Notes: a model not told the origin generated them from the sequence alone. 64,000 nt of DNA from an uncultured Anaerolineales bacterium (GCA_964419495.1 CAYQQX010000008.1:163-64162); one strand, 5' to 3'. Shown: positions 36,194 through 45,882, numbered from the stretch's first letter. Numbers and translations are program-made.

Positions 36194-37360
36194 ATGACTG
36201 AGATTATTACCTATTCCTTACGGAGCAACCAAAAATGCTCTGATCGATACTATCAAGATATCGCTGTTTTAAGCGATGAAGTGCTGGCTGAAATTCGCAA
36301 CCAGGCGACTCCAATTGTGGATGGTTTTCAAGCCTTTTTAGCCCAAAATCAACTTGAGGACCTAAGATCTTTTGACGAATATGCTTATGAATTGCTGATG
36401 CTGGGAGTCTTTTGGCGCGTGCATATGCCTGCTGCTGTGAATTTACCAAAGCTACCACACCATGCGCTGGCAAGTTTCGGTCGTTGGCGCAGGAAGTCGG
36501 CGGTATTCAAGCCAGTGCTTGATTTGTTTCGAGGTGTATTGGGGACGATTTTCCTGTCTCAAAATGAAAATAGCTCTGATAACCAATTTGCTGCAACTCG
36601 CAAAAACCTGACACGACTTCTGGAATGGATCGCTGCGGTGGGAGATTTTCCTGAAGAGTTAGATCGCCTAGAGAACTGGGACGTGTATATTGAGTCACTA
36701 TCCAGCCTGGAGGCAGATGAATCTCTAAGAATGGCAATCAACCTTGGTTCCTGGTTTGAAGCGCGCTCCCAAGATGTTCTTGGGGCATATACCCCCAATG
36801 TGGAAAGCTTCATCAATCAAGAAAAACCATTCTACCGTTGGCGCGAAGATGTCATTTTTTGTTCCCGTCAGCGTATCGAATATCATCTGGCCACGGTTGG
36901 CACCGAGATCCTGAATCGGTCTTTGCAAAAGGATTTCTTGTCAACTGAGAACAAGGTGGTTTTATTGCCCCCGTGTATGAAAGCGAAGTTAGATACTGGT
37001 TGTGGGGCTGTAGAGACCCCGCTGGGGGAACGTTGTATGGCCTGTGAAGCAAGTTGCCGGGTGCACCAGCTGACCAAACTAGGGGAGAAGCAAGGCTTCA
37101 CAGTTCTGATCATGCCCCATGACCTGGATGTTTTCTCGGGCGATACTCAAGAATCTGCCCCGGTGAGGGCCACTGGTGTAGTTGGCGTCTCCTGCCCGCT
37201 AACAAACCCTGCCGGGGGATGGGAGATGAAAAAAGCAGGCACTCCTGCTCAAGGAGTCCTGCTCGATTATTGTGGCTGCCCCTGGCATTGGCATAAAGAG
37301 GGCATCCCCACAGATATTAATTTCAATCAGGTTTTGAGAGTGTTGGGTATCAAGGAGTAG
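36194..37360 (+). CDS. Cys-rich protein with a DUF116-like C-terminal domain
   Basis: LLPPCMKAK...CGAVETPLGERCMACEASCRVHQL...GVVGVSCPLTN...LDYCGCPWHW. The family assignment is from memory. Confidence 0.5.
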   Translation: MTEIITYSLRSNQKCSDRYYQDIAVLSDEVLAEIRNQATPIVDGFQAFLAQNQLEDLRSFDEYAYELLMLGVFWRVHMPAAVNLPKLPHHALASFGRWRRKSAVFKPVLDLFRGVLGTIFLSQNENSSDNQFAATRKNLTRLLEWIAAVGDFPEELDRLENWDVYIESLSSLEADESLRMAINLGSWFEARSQDVLGAYTPNVESFINQEKPFYRWREDVIFCSRQRIEYHLATVGTEILNRSLQKDFLSTENKVVLLPPCMKAKLDTGCGAVETPLGERCMACEASCRVHQLTKLGEKQGFTVLIMPHDLDVFSGDTQESAPVRATGVVGVSCPLTNPAGGWEMKKAGTPAQGVLLDYCGCPWHWHKEGIPTDINFNQVLRVLGIKE

Positions 37361-37548
37361 GTCATTGACCTAATTCTCGATGCCCAAATATTTATCTGCC
37401 TGAGTTGCGGTTAACAAATCCTTTTACCTCACTTAGCGGACACTGAGCTTGTCGAAGTGGTAGTCGAAGGGAAGGACAGGTGTTTCGACTTCGGCTCGCC
37501 TGCGGCGGACCTCCGCTCAACGAGAATTTTCGTTTATCGAATCTCAGG

Positions 37549-38811
37549 CTATTTATGCAAATTCTGCGCGGCGATGATAGACATACCCTTCTCTGTGAGC
37601 ATTTGGGCTGAGGAATTGCAGGCATCGACTTTGTCGAGGAAGTTGCGTTGCATGGCATCCCAATCGCCTGTTTCGATGACTTCGCTCTTGTCGCGAAAAT
37701 AATCCAAGATGTCCGATTGGTGCTCGCGCTGCTGCTCCGTTTCGGGCAGTCCGCCCTCGTGTTTGGCAGAGATATTGGGGACATGATCAGCCAGTTCAAC
37801 CAGTTCTTCGCGGCGGTCATAGGGTTGGATGACGATGGATTTCCATGTCTCAGTGATGTGATGCTCGAAGCGCACCACATCTTCGAAGCCCAATGCTTTG
37901 CGGAATTCGGCCGTGATCTCCATGCTCTCGTTGTTGACCGAATTTGACCAGTTGAAACCGATCAATGGGGAAGTTCCATCATCACGGCTGAACAGCTGGG
38001 CACCAATCAAAGTCCAGAAGGCGGCATAGGGGTTGTCGTTGCCCATGAACACGGAGATTTTGAAGTTGATATCCACGCCCAGGCGGTAGAGTAAGTATCC
38101 AACCAGCACGGTGCCGGGATTGATATTGAGTACTTCGCGCAGTCCATATTCAGTGTAGTAGTAGAGGAACTCATCCAGCCACTTCAGTGCGTGCGAGTTG
38201 GGTTGCCCGACGCCACCAAAATAGCCGGCGATCGTCGCCGGGCCGCCAAGGTGGATGTTGGAGCCATCGGTGCCCTTTGTGTCTAGCGTTTCTACGAAAG
38301 AGCAGCCCATGATGTCTAAAGCAGCAATGATGGCGGGTAGATCGCCATCTTCTTGGGACTCTTTCATCTTGCGAACAGCGATGAAGCGACCAGGGATCAG
38401 GGTGCGATCTTTGATGGCGCGCTCCGCCATTACTCGCACCCAAGGGAAGTATTGCAGCGCCGAAACTTCCAGCGTGACGGCGAAATCATCCTGGAAGGTC
38501 GTACCCGCTGCTTTTTCACCGAGAATTTTCTGACGATATTCATCTACAGTGGCGAATGCGCCCAGATCGCGCTGCTCGATCAACCAGTGTAAATCCTTGA
38601 GATGATCAGGTTGGACAGCCTCGACTTTTTTGAGTAGGTTATCCAGCTTGCGGGCTTCTCGGTGTTTGGCGTTGATCTCTTCGGGAGTTCCATATTTAGC
38701 TACTACATTGAGGAAATCTTTCATCACGCGTGATTCGGGATTTAGTAGAACAGCATTGATATCATCTAGTCGAGAGGCGGGGATTTTCAATCTTTCGAGT
38801 AAATCATTCAT
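37549..38811 (-). CDS. conserved hypothetical protein (420 aa), co-oriented immediately downstream of panB
   Basis: Start MNDLLERLKIP (38811) lies after the heptamer array. The ORF is long with an even composition. I recognise no family. Confidence 0.65.
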   Translation of the reverse strand: MNDLLERLKIPASRLDDINAVLLNPESRVMKDFLNVVAKYGTPEEINAKHREARKLDNLLKKVEAVQPDHLKDLHWLIEQRDLGAFATVDEYRQKILGEKAAGTTFQDDFAVTLEVSALQYFPWVRVMAERAIKDRTLIPGRFIAVRKMKESQEDGDLPAIIAALDIMGCSFVETLDTKGTDGSNIHLGGPATIAGYFGGVGQPNSHALKWLDEFLYYYTEYGLREVLNINPGTVLVGYLLYRLGVDINFKISVFMGNDNPYAAFWTLIGAQLFSRDDGTSPLIGFNWSNSVNNESMEITAEFRKALGFEDVVRFEHHITETWKSIVIQPYDRREELVELADHVPNISAKHEGGLPETEQQREHQSDILDYFRDKSEVIETGDWDAMQRNFLDKVDACNSSAQMLTEKGMSIIAAQNLHK

Positions 38812-38830
38812 TCTTTGTTCCTTTTCTCTT

Positions 38831-38875
38831 TTACTGGTCACTGACAACTGAATACTGATTACTGACAATTGATCA
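38831..38875. repeat. heptamer array (NNACTGA x6-7) at the junction of panB and the downstream gene
   Basis: ttactgg tcactga caactga atactga ttactga caattga tca(panB stop). Confidence 0.75.
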
Positions 38876-39727
38876 CTTCAACAGATCAAGCAGTTCTCCG
38901 TACTCTTCATCCTTGATGGTGAACCAATTCTCCGGTGCTGGGAAGGTTTTGTCTGAGACTTCATTGGCATATTGTGTCAAACCGTTGAGAATCACCTCAC
39001 CGGCATTGCCAAATACCTTGGCCATGCGGGGCTTGAATTTGGGGTACAAACCAAACATATCGTGATAAATGAGCAGTTGTCCGTGTGCATCAGGACCGGA
39101 ACCCAGGCTCAAGATGATGCAGTCTTCGGCGCGCTCGGTGATGATCTTGGTGACCCTATCAGGTACCATCTCCAAGAGGATAGCGAAAGCCCCGGCATTT
39201 TCCAACGCTTTAGCATCATCAATGATTTTCTTGGCCTGCGCTGCCCCTCGCCCCTGGACACGGAATCCGCCCAGGGCAGCCGCGCTCTGTGGGGTCAAGC
39301 CCAGGTGGCCAATGGCTGGGATTCCGGCGCTGACGATACCCTCAATGCGGTCAGCCATTTCCGCACCCCCCTCGAGCTTGATTGAGTCACAGGATGCCTC
39401 AGCCATGAAACGTCCCGCGCTGCGGATGGCAGTCTCCACACTGGGTTGGTAGCTCATATAGGGCATGTCACCCACCAAAAATACCCTGGGCGCACCGCGC
39501 CGAACTGCTTGTGTGTGACGGATCATATCGCCCATTGTGACCGGTAGAGTCGAGTCATATCCCAGCATCGTCATCCCCAAGCTGTCGCCGACCAGGATCA
39601 TATCGATCCCTGCTTGCTCCTGAAAATAGGCTGTGGGGTAATCGTAGCAAGTCAGCCAAGATATGGGATCTTTGTTGACTACTTTATTGAACAACGTGCG
39701 GATGGTAACTTTTTTTCGTTCAGACAT
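38873..39727 (-). CDS. panB: 3-methyl-2-oxobutanoate hydroxymethyltransferase
   Basis: Motifs TCYDY, LVGDSLGMTMLGY, FLVGDMPYMSY, KLEGG, GHLGLTPQS, GGFRVQGR, LEMVP. Confidence 0.9.
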   Translation of the reverse strand: MSERKKVTIRTLFNKVVNKDPISWLTCYDYPTAYFQEQAGIDMILVGDSLGMTMLGYDSTLPVTMGDMIRHTQAVRRGAPRVFLVGDMPYMSYQPSVETAIRSAGRFMAEASCDSIKLEGGAEMADRIEGIVSAGIPAIGHLGLTPQSAAALGGFRVQGRGAAQAKKIIDDAKALENAGAFAILLEMVPDRVTKIITERAEDCIILSLGSGPDAHGQLLIYHDMFGLYPKFKPRMAKVFGNAGEVILNGLTQYANEVSDKTFPAPENWFTIKDEEYGELLDLLK

Positions 39728-40153
39728 TCTTTGCCTCCATGGATTGGATGAACCAAAAACCGCCAGATTTAGCGCCCTGACGGTTAGGTTATGTGATTGA
39801 ATTTGGCATTAACACTCTAAATGAATTGAATAAACATTTCAGTCTTTGTGAAAGGGGGTTCGCAAATTGTTCTTGTAAGATGGAAATGCTCATTGTGAAT
39901 TTATTTTACGTGAAAGTCTAAATGAGTGCAATAGATGGGAAGTCATGCATTTGCCAGAGATAGATCAGATATTGACTTCTACGTTAATCTCGTGACAAAA
40001 ATAACTTGTAATATGTACAGGATTTAGTGATAATGGGGCTTGGTATCGCTCTGCCAAAGCGGTTTTTGGCGCGCTATTTTGTCGAAGTTTTGGGGCGGGA
40101 AAATCTATATTGGGGCCCGCCATTCAATATATACTTTTTAGGCAACAATACTT

Positions 40154-40194
40154 GTGGGGATGTTTCGCATAACTTTAGGATGCGAAGCTCCCAC
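40154..40194 (+). promoter_or_regulatory. stable hairpin in the folD 5' leader
   Basis: GTGGG-ga-tg-TTTCGCAT-aactttagg-ATGCGAAG-ct-CCCAC, 42 nt upstream of the folD ATG. Its function is unknown. Confidence 0.35.
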
Positions 40195-40235
40195 AAAGTA
40201 ATTAGTAGATCAATTTCAATTCATAGGAGTAAATT

Positions 40236-41126
40236 ATGACAGCTAAACTCATTGATGGCAAAGCTATCGCTAAGAAAGTCCGCGAGCAAGCCGCAGTAGA
40301 TGTAGCCGATATGGTTGGGAAGGGCTTCGCCCCTCCAGGGTTGGTTACTGTGCTCGTTGGAGAAGACCCAGCATCCGAGGTTTATGTTGGAATGAAACAG
40401 CGCATGTGCGAGAAATTAGGCATGAAATCCTTCAGCCATACGCTTTCCAAAGATGCCACGCAAGAAGAAGTTGAAGCTTTGGTTCAGCAACTAAATGAAG
40501 ATCCAAAAATTAACGGCATTTTGGTGCAGTTACCTCTCCCCTGGCATTTAGATGATGAAGCCGTTCTCAAATCAATTAGCCCTGAGAAAGATGTCGATGG
40601 CTTCCACCCTCTCAACATGGGACGCCTGGCTCAAAAAGGCCGCGACCCTTTGTTTGTGCCCTGCACCCCCGATGGTTGCATCTTCCTGCTAGATGAAGTA
40701 GGGGTAGAAATGGAAGGCGCCAATGCAGTTGTGTTGGGTCGCTCCAATATTGTCGGTATGCCCGCCGCATTGCTGTTGGTGAAACGCAATGCTACCGTGA
40801 CTATTTGTCACTCCCGCACCAAGAACCTGGCCGATGTGTGTCGTAACGCCGATATCCTGATCGCCGCTGTTGGTCGCGTTGAAATGGTCAAGAAGGATTG
40901 GGTCAAACCCGGTGCCGCAGTCATCGATGTGGGAACCCACCGCATTGAAGATGATACCAAGGAGAAAGGCTACTACCTGACCGGTGATGTGGCTTTTGAA
41001 GAGGTGAGTGAAGTTGCTGGCTGGATTTCTCCCTCTCCTGGAGGGGTAGGACCCATGACCATCGCCATGCTGATGCGCAACACAGTCCGCGCCGCTCAGA
41101 TCGCCCACGGATTAGTTGAAGTGTAA
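40236..41126 (+). CDS. folD: bifunctional methylene-THF dehydrogenase / methenyl-THF cyclohydrolase
   Basis: Motifs LIDGKAIA, VGEDPASEVYV..K, ILVQLPLP, DVDGFHP.N.G, VV.GRSNIVG.P, PGGVGPMT. Confidence 0.92.
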   Translation: MTAKLIDGKAIAKKVREQAAVDVADMVGKGFAPPGLVTVLVGEDPASEVYVGMKQRMCEKLGMKSFSHTLSKDATQEEVEALVQQLNEDPKINGILVQLPLPWHLDDEAVLKSISPEKDVDGFHPLNMGRLAQKGRDPLFVPCTPDGCIFLLDEVGVEMEGANAVVLGRSNIVGMPAALLLVKRNATVTICHSRTKNLADVCRNADILIAAVGRVEMVKKDWVKPGAAVIDVGTHRIEDDTKEKGYYLTGDVAFEEVSEVAGWISPSPGGVGPMTIAMLMRNTVRAAQIAHGLVEV

Positions 41127-41178
41127 TTTAGAGGATCACCAAGATATATTGAAAACTAATATTTGAAAGGGATTTGCC

Positions 41179-43107
41179 ATGTCCAGATATAGAAACGCAA
41201 AAATTGATTTCACCCCCATACCGCTCGAACTGAAGGACCCTGTCCCCACAGACATCGATATTGCTCAGGCGCAGCAGCCCCTCCTGAAAACCGTCACTAC
41301 TATCGCTGATGAGGTTGGTATTCTGCCCGAAGAACTCGAAATGTACGGCAATTTCAAGGCCAAAGTCCGCCTGGAAATCCTTGACCGTCTCAAGGATGTT
41401 CCCGATGGAAAATATATTGACGTAACCGCCATTACACCCACTCCCTTGGGCGAGGGCAAAAGCACCACCATGGTCGGTCTCAGTGAAGCGCTGGGTGCCC
41501 ACCTGGGCAAGAATGTCTTCACCTGTATCCGCCAACCAAGCCAGGGTCCAACCTTTGGCATCAAGGGCGGCGCAGCTGGTGGTGGCTACAGCCAGGTTGT
41601 ACCCATGGAAGATTTCAACCTGCACCTGACCGGTGATATTCATGCCATCACGGCTGCCAACAACCTGCTGGCTGCAGCCATTGATACCCGCATGTATCAC
41701 GAGTCCCGCCAGAGTAACGAAGCCCTCTTCCGCCGCCTGTGCCCACCCGCCAAGGACGGCAGCCGTAAATTTGCCCTCCCAATGCTCAAGCGTCTCAAGA
41801 GACTAGGTATCGACAAGACCGATCCCAATGACCTCACCGAGGAAGAGATCTCCCGCTTTGTGCGCCTCGACATTGACCCCGACACCCTGACCTGGCGCCG
41901 CGTTGTTGACATCAACGACCGTATGCTGCGCGGGATCACCATTGGCCGCGGGCCAAAAGAAATCGATGCCGACCGAGATACCGGCTTCGACATCACTGTT
42001 GCCAGCGAGATCATGGCCATCCTGGCCCTGACCACCGACCTTGCTGATATGCGCAAGAAATTCGGTGACATTGTGGTTGCCACCAGCAAGGCTGGCGAGG
42101 CTGTCACCGCCGAAGATATCGGCTGCGCGGGTGCCATGACCGTCCTGATGAAAGACGCCATCATGCCCACGCTGATGCAGACCCTGGAGGGCACCCCTGC
42201 CTTCGTGCACGCGGGACCTTTCGCCAACATCGCCCACGGCAACAGCTCCATCGTCGCCGACAAGATCGCCCTCAAGCTGGGTGATTACGTGGTCACAGAG
42301 TCCGGCTTTGGCGCCGATATCGGTATGGAGAAGTTCTTCAACATCAAATGCCGCTACTCCGGGCTGATCCCCAACTGTGTGGTTCTGGTCGCTACCGTTC
42401 GTGCCCTCAAGATGCACGGCGGCGGCCCTGCCGTAAAGGCAGGCGCTCCACTGGCTCCCGAATATACTGAAGAAAATCTCGAACTACTCGAAGCCGGTGG
42501 TTCCAACTTGCAAGCCCACATCGAAAATGCTAAGAGCTTTGGCATCCCCGTTGTCGTGGCTGTCAACAGCTTCAAAGACGATACCCCCGCCGAGGTTGAA
42601 CTGGTCCGCAAGATGGCAATCGAGGCTGGTGCAGAAGACGCCGTTGTTTCCCGCCATTGGATGGAGGGCGGCAAAGGTTCGGTTGCGCTGGCTGAAGCCG
42701 TTGTGGCAGCCTGCGAACTGCCCAGCAACTTTGAGTTCCTCTACCCGCTCAAGGGCACGACTATCAAAGAGAAGATCGAGACGATTTGTAAAGAGATCTA
42801 CGGCGCCGATGGTGTCGAATACTCCGAAGAAGCCGAGAAATTGATCGAACTCTATACCAAACTTGGCTTCGACGAATTGCCCATGTGCATGGCCAAGACT
42901 CACCTGAGCATCAGCCACGATCCGCTGCTCAAGGGTCGCCCCACAGGCTTCACCGTTCCGATCCGCGATATCCGTGCCTCTGTTGGTGCTGGCTTCTTGT
43001 ACCCCCTGGTTGGCCAGATGTCCACCATGCCCGGTTTGCCCACCCGCCCGGTTTACTACGACGTAGACCTGGATCTGGAGACCGGCCGCGTGGTTGGCTT
43101 GTTCTAA
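41179..43107 (+). CDS. fhs: formate--tetrahydrofolate ligase, long form (642 aa)
   Basis: Motifs [89 protein letters not shown]. Confidence 0.92.
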   Translation: MSRYRNAKIDFTPIPLELKDPVPTDIDIAQAQQPLLKTVTTIADEVGILPEELEMYGNFKAKVRLEILDRLKDVPDGKYIDVTAITPTPLGEGKSTTMVGLSEALGAHLGKNVFTCIRQPSQGPTFGIKGGAAGGGYSQVVPMEDFNLHLTGDIHAITAANNLLAAAIDTRMYHESRQSNEALFRRLCPPAKDGSRKFALPMLKRLKRLGIDKTDPNDLTEEEISRFVRLDIDPDTLTWRRVVDINDRMLRGITIGRGPKEIDADRDTGFDITVASEIMAILALTTDLADMRKKFGDIVVATSKAGEAVTAEDIGCAGAMTVLMKDAIMPTLMQTLEGTPAFVHAGPFANIAHGNSSIVADKIALKLGDYVVTESGFGADIGMEKFFNIKCRYSGLIPNCVVLVATVRALKMHGGGPAVKAGAPLAPEYTEENLELLEAGGSNLQAHIENAKSFGIPVVVAVNSFKDDTPAEVELVRKMAIEAGAEDAVVSRHWMEGGKGSVALAEAVVAACELPSNFEFLYPLKGTTIKEKIETICKEIYGADGVEYSEEAEKLIELYTKLGFDELPMCMAKTHLSISHDPLLKGRPTGFTVPIRDIRASVGAGFLYPLVGQMSTMPGLPTRPVYYDVDLDLETGRVVGLF

Positions 43108-43124
43108 ATTCAATAGTTTCCATC

Positions 43125-43166
43125 AAACAGGGTGGGGTGCGAAAGTGCTCCATCCTGTTTTCTTTA
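43125..43166 (+). terminator. rho-independent terminator after fhs
   Basis: AAACAGGGTGG..(14 nt)..CCATCCTGTTT followed by TTCTTT. Confidence 0.6.
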
Positions 43167-43327
43167 AGCCTCAGAGAGCTCAGAGTGCACTGAGTTATTC
43201 TTGCTGCACATTTGACCTTTGTTTCCTTTGGCGCATTTGTCCATCGTCTTTCTCCAAATCGATTATAATGAGACACGTTTTGTAGGAATTTATTGAATCC
43301 AATCCTATTGGTAGAGATGGAGCTCGG

Positions 43328-45067
43328 ATGACATCACAGCAGCTAAATTTGGGGGAACTGAAACCTGTTCTTGAAAAGTTTGCACCAGGCGGGCGAAACC
43401 AATTATTACCGGTACTTTGGTCTGCCCAAAACATCTATGGTCACCTTTCTGAACCGGTTGTAGTTGCCATTGGCAAGGCGCTCAAAGTGCCGCTGGCGGA
43501 TATTTACGGCGTCATCGAGTTCTATACCATGTTCTATAAGGAACCAGTTGGGGAGACCATCGTACGCATTTGTGTTAGCCCGGTTTGTACGCAGCGGGGT
43601 AGCCCAGAGATTCTCGATAGCGTATGTGAGCATTTTGATATCAAGCCTGGAGAAACTACCTCGGATAGTAAATATATGATCGAGGCGGTGGAATGCCTGG
43701 GTTTATGCGACTTTGCGCCCTCCGCCCTGGTGGGGGATGTGCCGGTCGCTCTCGATGTGGGTTCTGATCCCCAAAGTTGGATACTGTCTCCAAAGCCGGC
43801 CCCCTTAGGACATTTGGAAGGTGACCCTTATTGGTTACTGGGCAGCTGCGGTCAAGTTGATCCTGCTGAAGTCAAGGATTATGAAGGCTGCGGTGGATTC
43901 ATGGGCTTGAAGAGAACGCTGCAAAATCCCCCTGAATTAGTCATCGAAGAGATAACCAAGTCCGGATTATTAGGACGTGGGGGCGCGGCCTTTCCCACGG
44001 GCTTGAAATGGAAGTTTGCATCGCAGGCATCAGGAGAACCCAAATACATGGTTTGCAATGCCGATGAGTCTGAACCGGGAACCTTCAAAGATCGCGTGCT
44101 GATGGAGGGCTATCCCCTTTCGATCATTGAGGGCATGGTGATCGCTGCCTATGCTGTGGGCAGTCACTATGGCTATCTGTATATCCGCGGCGAATATATG
44201 CGGGCGCAGAGCATCATGGGTAAGGCGCTGGAAAATGCCCGGGCAACAGGATATCTCGGGAAGAATATATTGGAGACAGGCTTTGACTTTGACATCGAGA
44301 TGCGTTCAGGCGCCGGGGCTTACGTTTGCGGCGAAGAGACGGCTTTATTCGAATCCATCGAAGGCAAGCGCGGCTTCCCTCGGTTGAAGCCACCCTACCC
44401 TACAGATCAGGGCCTGTTTGGCAAGCCCACGGATATCAACAACGTTGAAACCTTGTGCGCGGCCACCTGGATCATGGCTAACGGTGCCGAAGCCTTTCGG
44501 TCGAAGGGTACCGAGGGGTCTGCGGGCACAAAGGTTTATTGTCTTTCTGGAGATATCGTCAAACCCGGCGTCTATGAATTGCCCTTGGGTATCACCTTGG
44601 GTGAGATCATCCAAAAAGCTGGCGGGGTTGAAGGAGAATTGCGTGGGGTGCTGATTGGCGGCGCTGCAGGAACTTTCGCTGGACCCGATGACCTTGATTT
44701 GGTGATGAGCTTCGAGGGTTTGGCGGAGAATAAATATTTCTTGGGCTCCGGCGTGGTAAATGTGATCAACACCGAGCGAGATATGAAGCAAATATTGTAC
44801 AGCCTGGCGCATTTCTTTGCCCACGAGTCCTGTGGCAAGTGCTTCCCCTGTCAACTGGGCACCCAGCGACAATTGGAGATCATGGATAAGGCTGTCCAAG
44901 GCCAGCTTACCAATGCTGATCTGGTTGCCCTGGAAGATGTCGGTTTTGCCATGGCTGAGACATCGATTTGCGGCGTTGGCCAAATGGCTTCCACGGCTAT
45001 TCTGTCGTCCTGGGAAAAATGCCCGGATGTATTTGGTTTAGAAGATAGTTTCAATGGACAAGCATAA
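43328..45067 (+). CDS. fused NuoE-like (2Fe-2S) / NuoF-like (FMN, NAD, 4Fe-4S) diaphorase subunit, formate dehydrogenase beta type
   Basis: N-terminus C..PVC....(E)CLGLC. NuoF part: GRGGAAFPTGLKW, CNADESEPGTFKDR, ESCGKCFPCQLG. Confidence 0.85.
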   Translation: MTSQQLNLGELKPVLEKFAPGGRNQLLPVLWSAQNIYGHLSEPVVVAIGKALKVPLADIYGVIEFYTMFYKEPVGETIVRICVSPVCTQRGSPEILDSVCEHFDIKPGETTSDSKYMIEAVECLGLCDFAPSALVGDVPVALDVGSDPQSWILSPKPAPLGHLEGDPYWLLGSCGQVDPAEVKDYEGCGGFMGLKRTLQNPPELVIEEITKSGLLGRGGAAFPTGLKWKFASQASGEPKYMVCNADESEPGTFKDRVLMEGYPLSIIEGMVIAAYAVGSHYGYLYIRGEYMRAQSIMGKALENARATGYLGKNILETGFDFDIEMRSGAGAYVCGEETALFESIEGKRGFPRLKPPYPTDQGLFGKPTDINNVETLCAATWIMANGAEAFRSKGTEGSAGTKVYCLSGDIVKPGVYELPLGITLGEIIQKAGGVEGELRGVLIGGAAGTFAGPDDLDLVMSFEGLAENKYFLGSGVVNVINTERDMKQILYSLAHFFAHESCGKCFPCQLGTQRQLEIMDKAVQGQLTNADLVALEDVGFAMAETSICGVGQMASTAILSSWEKCPDVFGLEDSFNGQA

Positions 45068-45872
45068 CCCTGGGGCTGTGCCCGCTGCCTGGCACGAATA
45101 TAAAAATGGTTGGTATCAAGCCGATGGAGAAGTCATCGAAGAGGCCTTGATCACCATTTATGTCAATGGCGCTGAGTTGGCTACCATTATGGCCTCGCCA
45201 CTCCAGCAAGATGTATTGGCTCTTGGTTTTATGAAGAACGAAGGCTTGATCGAAAGCCTTGCTGAAATAGAGATTCTTTTTGTGAGTAAATTGGGCTGCT
45301 GTGTGGATGTCTGGCTGAACAGGGAATTCGAGAAACCCAAGCGTGTGATCATCACCAGCGGCTGCGGGGGCGGCGTGACCTTCGACGACCCCAGGGTGGG
45401 TATTGAACCTGTTGAAAGTGAAATGCGTTTGGAGCCTGGCAAACTAAGGGAAGCATTTCGCCGACTTCAACCGCCCAACAGTCTGTATGCGCGCTCGCGC
45501 GGCGTACACGCGGCTGGTTTGTTTGATCCGCTAGACGATGAATTGGTAGCTATTGTTGAGGATGTTGGCCGTCACAACACCATTGATAAAATTTCTGGTA
45601 TCTGCTTACAAGAAGCTATTGATCCCAATGGTCGCGTGTTATTGGTCACAGGACGCATCTCCTCAGAGATGCTGCGCAAGGCGGCGGTGATGGGCTGCCC
45701 GATAATTGCATCTCGCACCTCTCCCACTTCAATTTCCATCGAGATTGCGCAAGCCTGGAATATCACTTTGATCGGTTATGTTCGGGCTGGGCGGATGCGG
45801 GTGTACAGTTGCCCGGAGCGTATCAAATCCCTGGAGATGGTTGAAGTTAATGATATTGGTATCACAGAATAG
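45054..45872 (+). CDS. fdhD: formate dehydrogenase accessory sulfurtransferase FdhD
   Basis: Motifs SGCGGGVTFDD, EDVGRHNTIDK, VTGRISSEMLRKAAVMGCPIIASRTSPTS. Confidence 0.85.
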   Translation: MDKHNPGAVPAAWHEYKNGWYQADGEVIEEALITIYVNGAELATIMASPLQQDVLALGFMKNEGLIESLAEIEILFVSKLGCCVDVWLNREFEKPKRVIITSGCGGGVTFDDPRVGIEPVESEMRLEPGKLREAFRRLQPPNSLYARSRGVHAAGLFDPLDDELVAIVEDVGRHNTIDKISGICLQEAIDPNGRVLLVTGRISSEMLRKAAVMGCPIIASRTSPTSISIEIAQAWNITLIGYVRAGRMRVYSCPERIKSLEMVEVNDIGITE

Positions 45873-45882
45873 AGAGAATCAT

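Noticed and set aside
39728-40235. A ZTP (pfl) or THF riboswitch upstream of folD-fhs.
   Set aside because: I looked for the cores I remember (ZTP: ..GGGUCGUGACUGGCG.. and the 3' CCGCCUGGGC; THF-I conserved junctions) and found no convincing match. The question is left open, and only an Infernal scan can settle it.
40027-40239. A 70-aa ORF just upstream of folD, overlapping its start.
   Set aside because: It has no RBS and its composition is not protein-like. It spans predicted leader hairpins. It is more likely non-coding leader sequence.
41128-43113. Long antisense or off-frame ORFs overlap well-supported genes. Examples: 41128..41700(-), 41697..42275(-), 41803..42417(-), 42484..43113(-), 48608..49339(-), 50627..51316(-), 27748..28392(+), 34414..35286(+), 7766..8443(-), 20099..20728(-), 10137..10535(-).
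   Set aside because: They lie entirely inside genes with clear family motifs on the other strand or frame. Their compositions are odd (rich in R/G/H/P or low complexity). They have no recognisable motifs and no RBS. They are typical shadow ORFs of GC-rich coding DNA.
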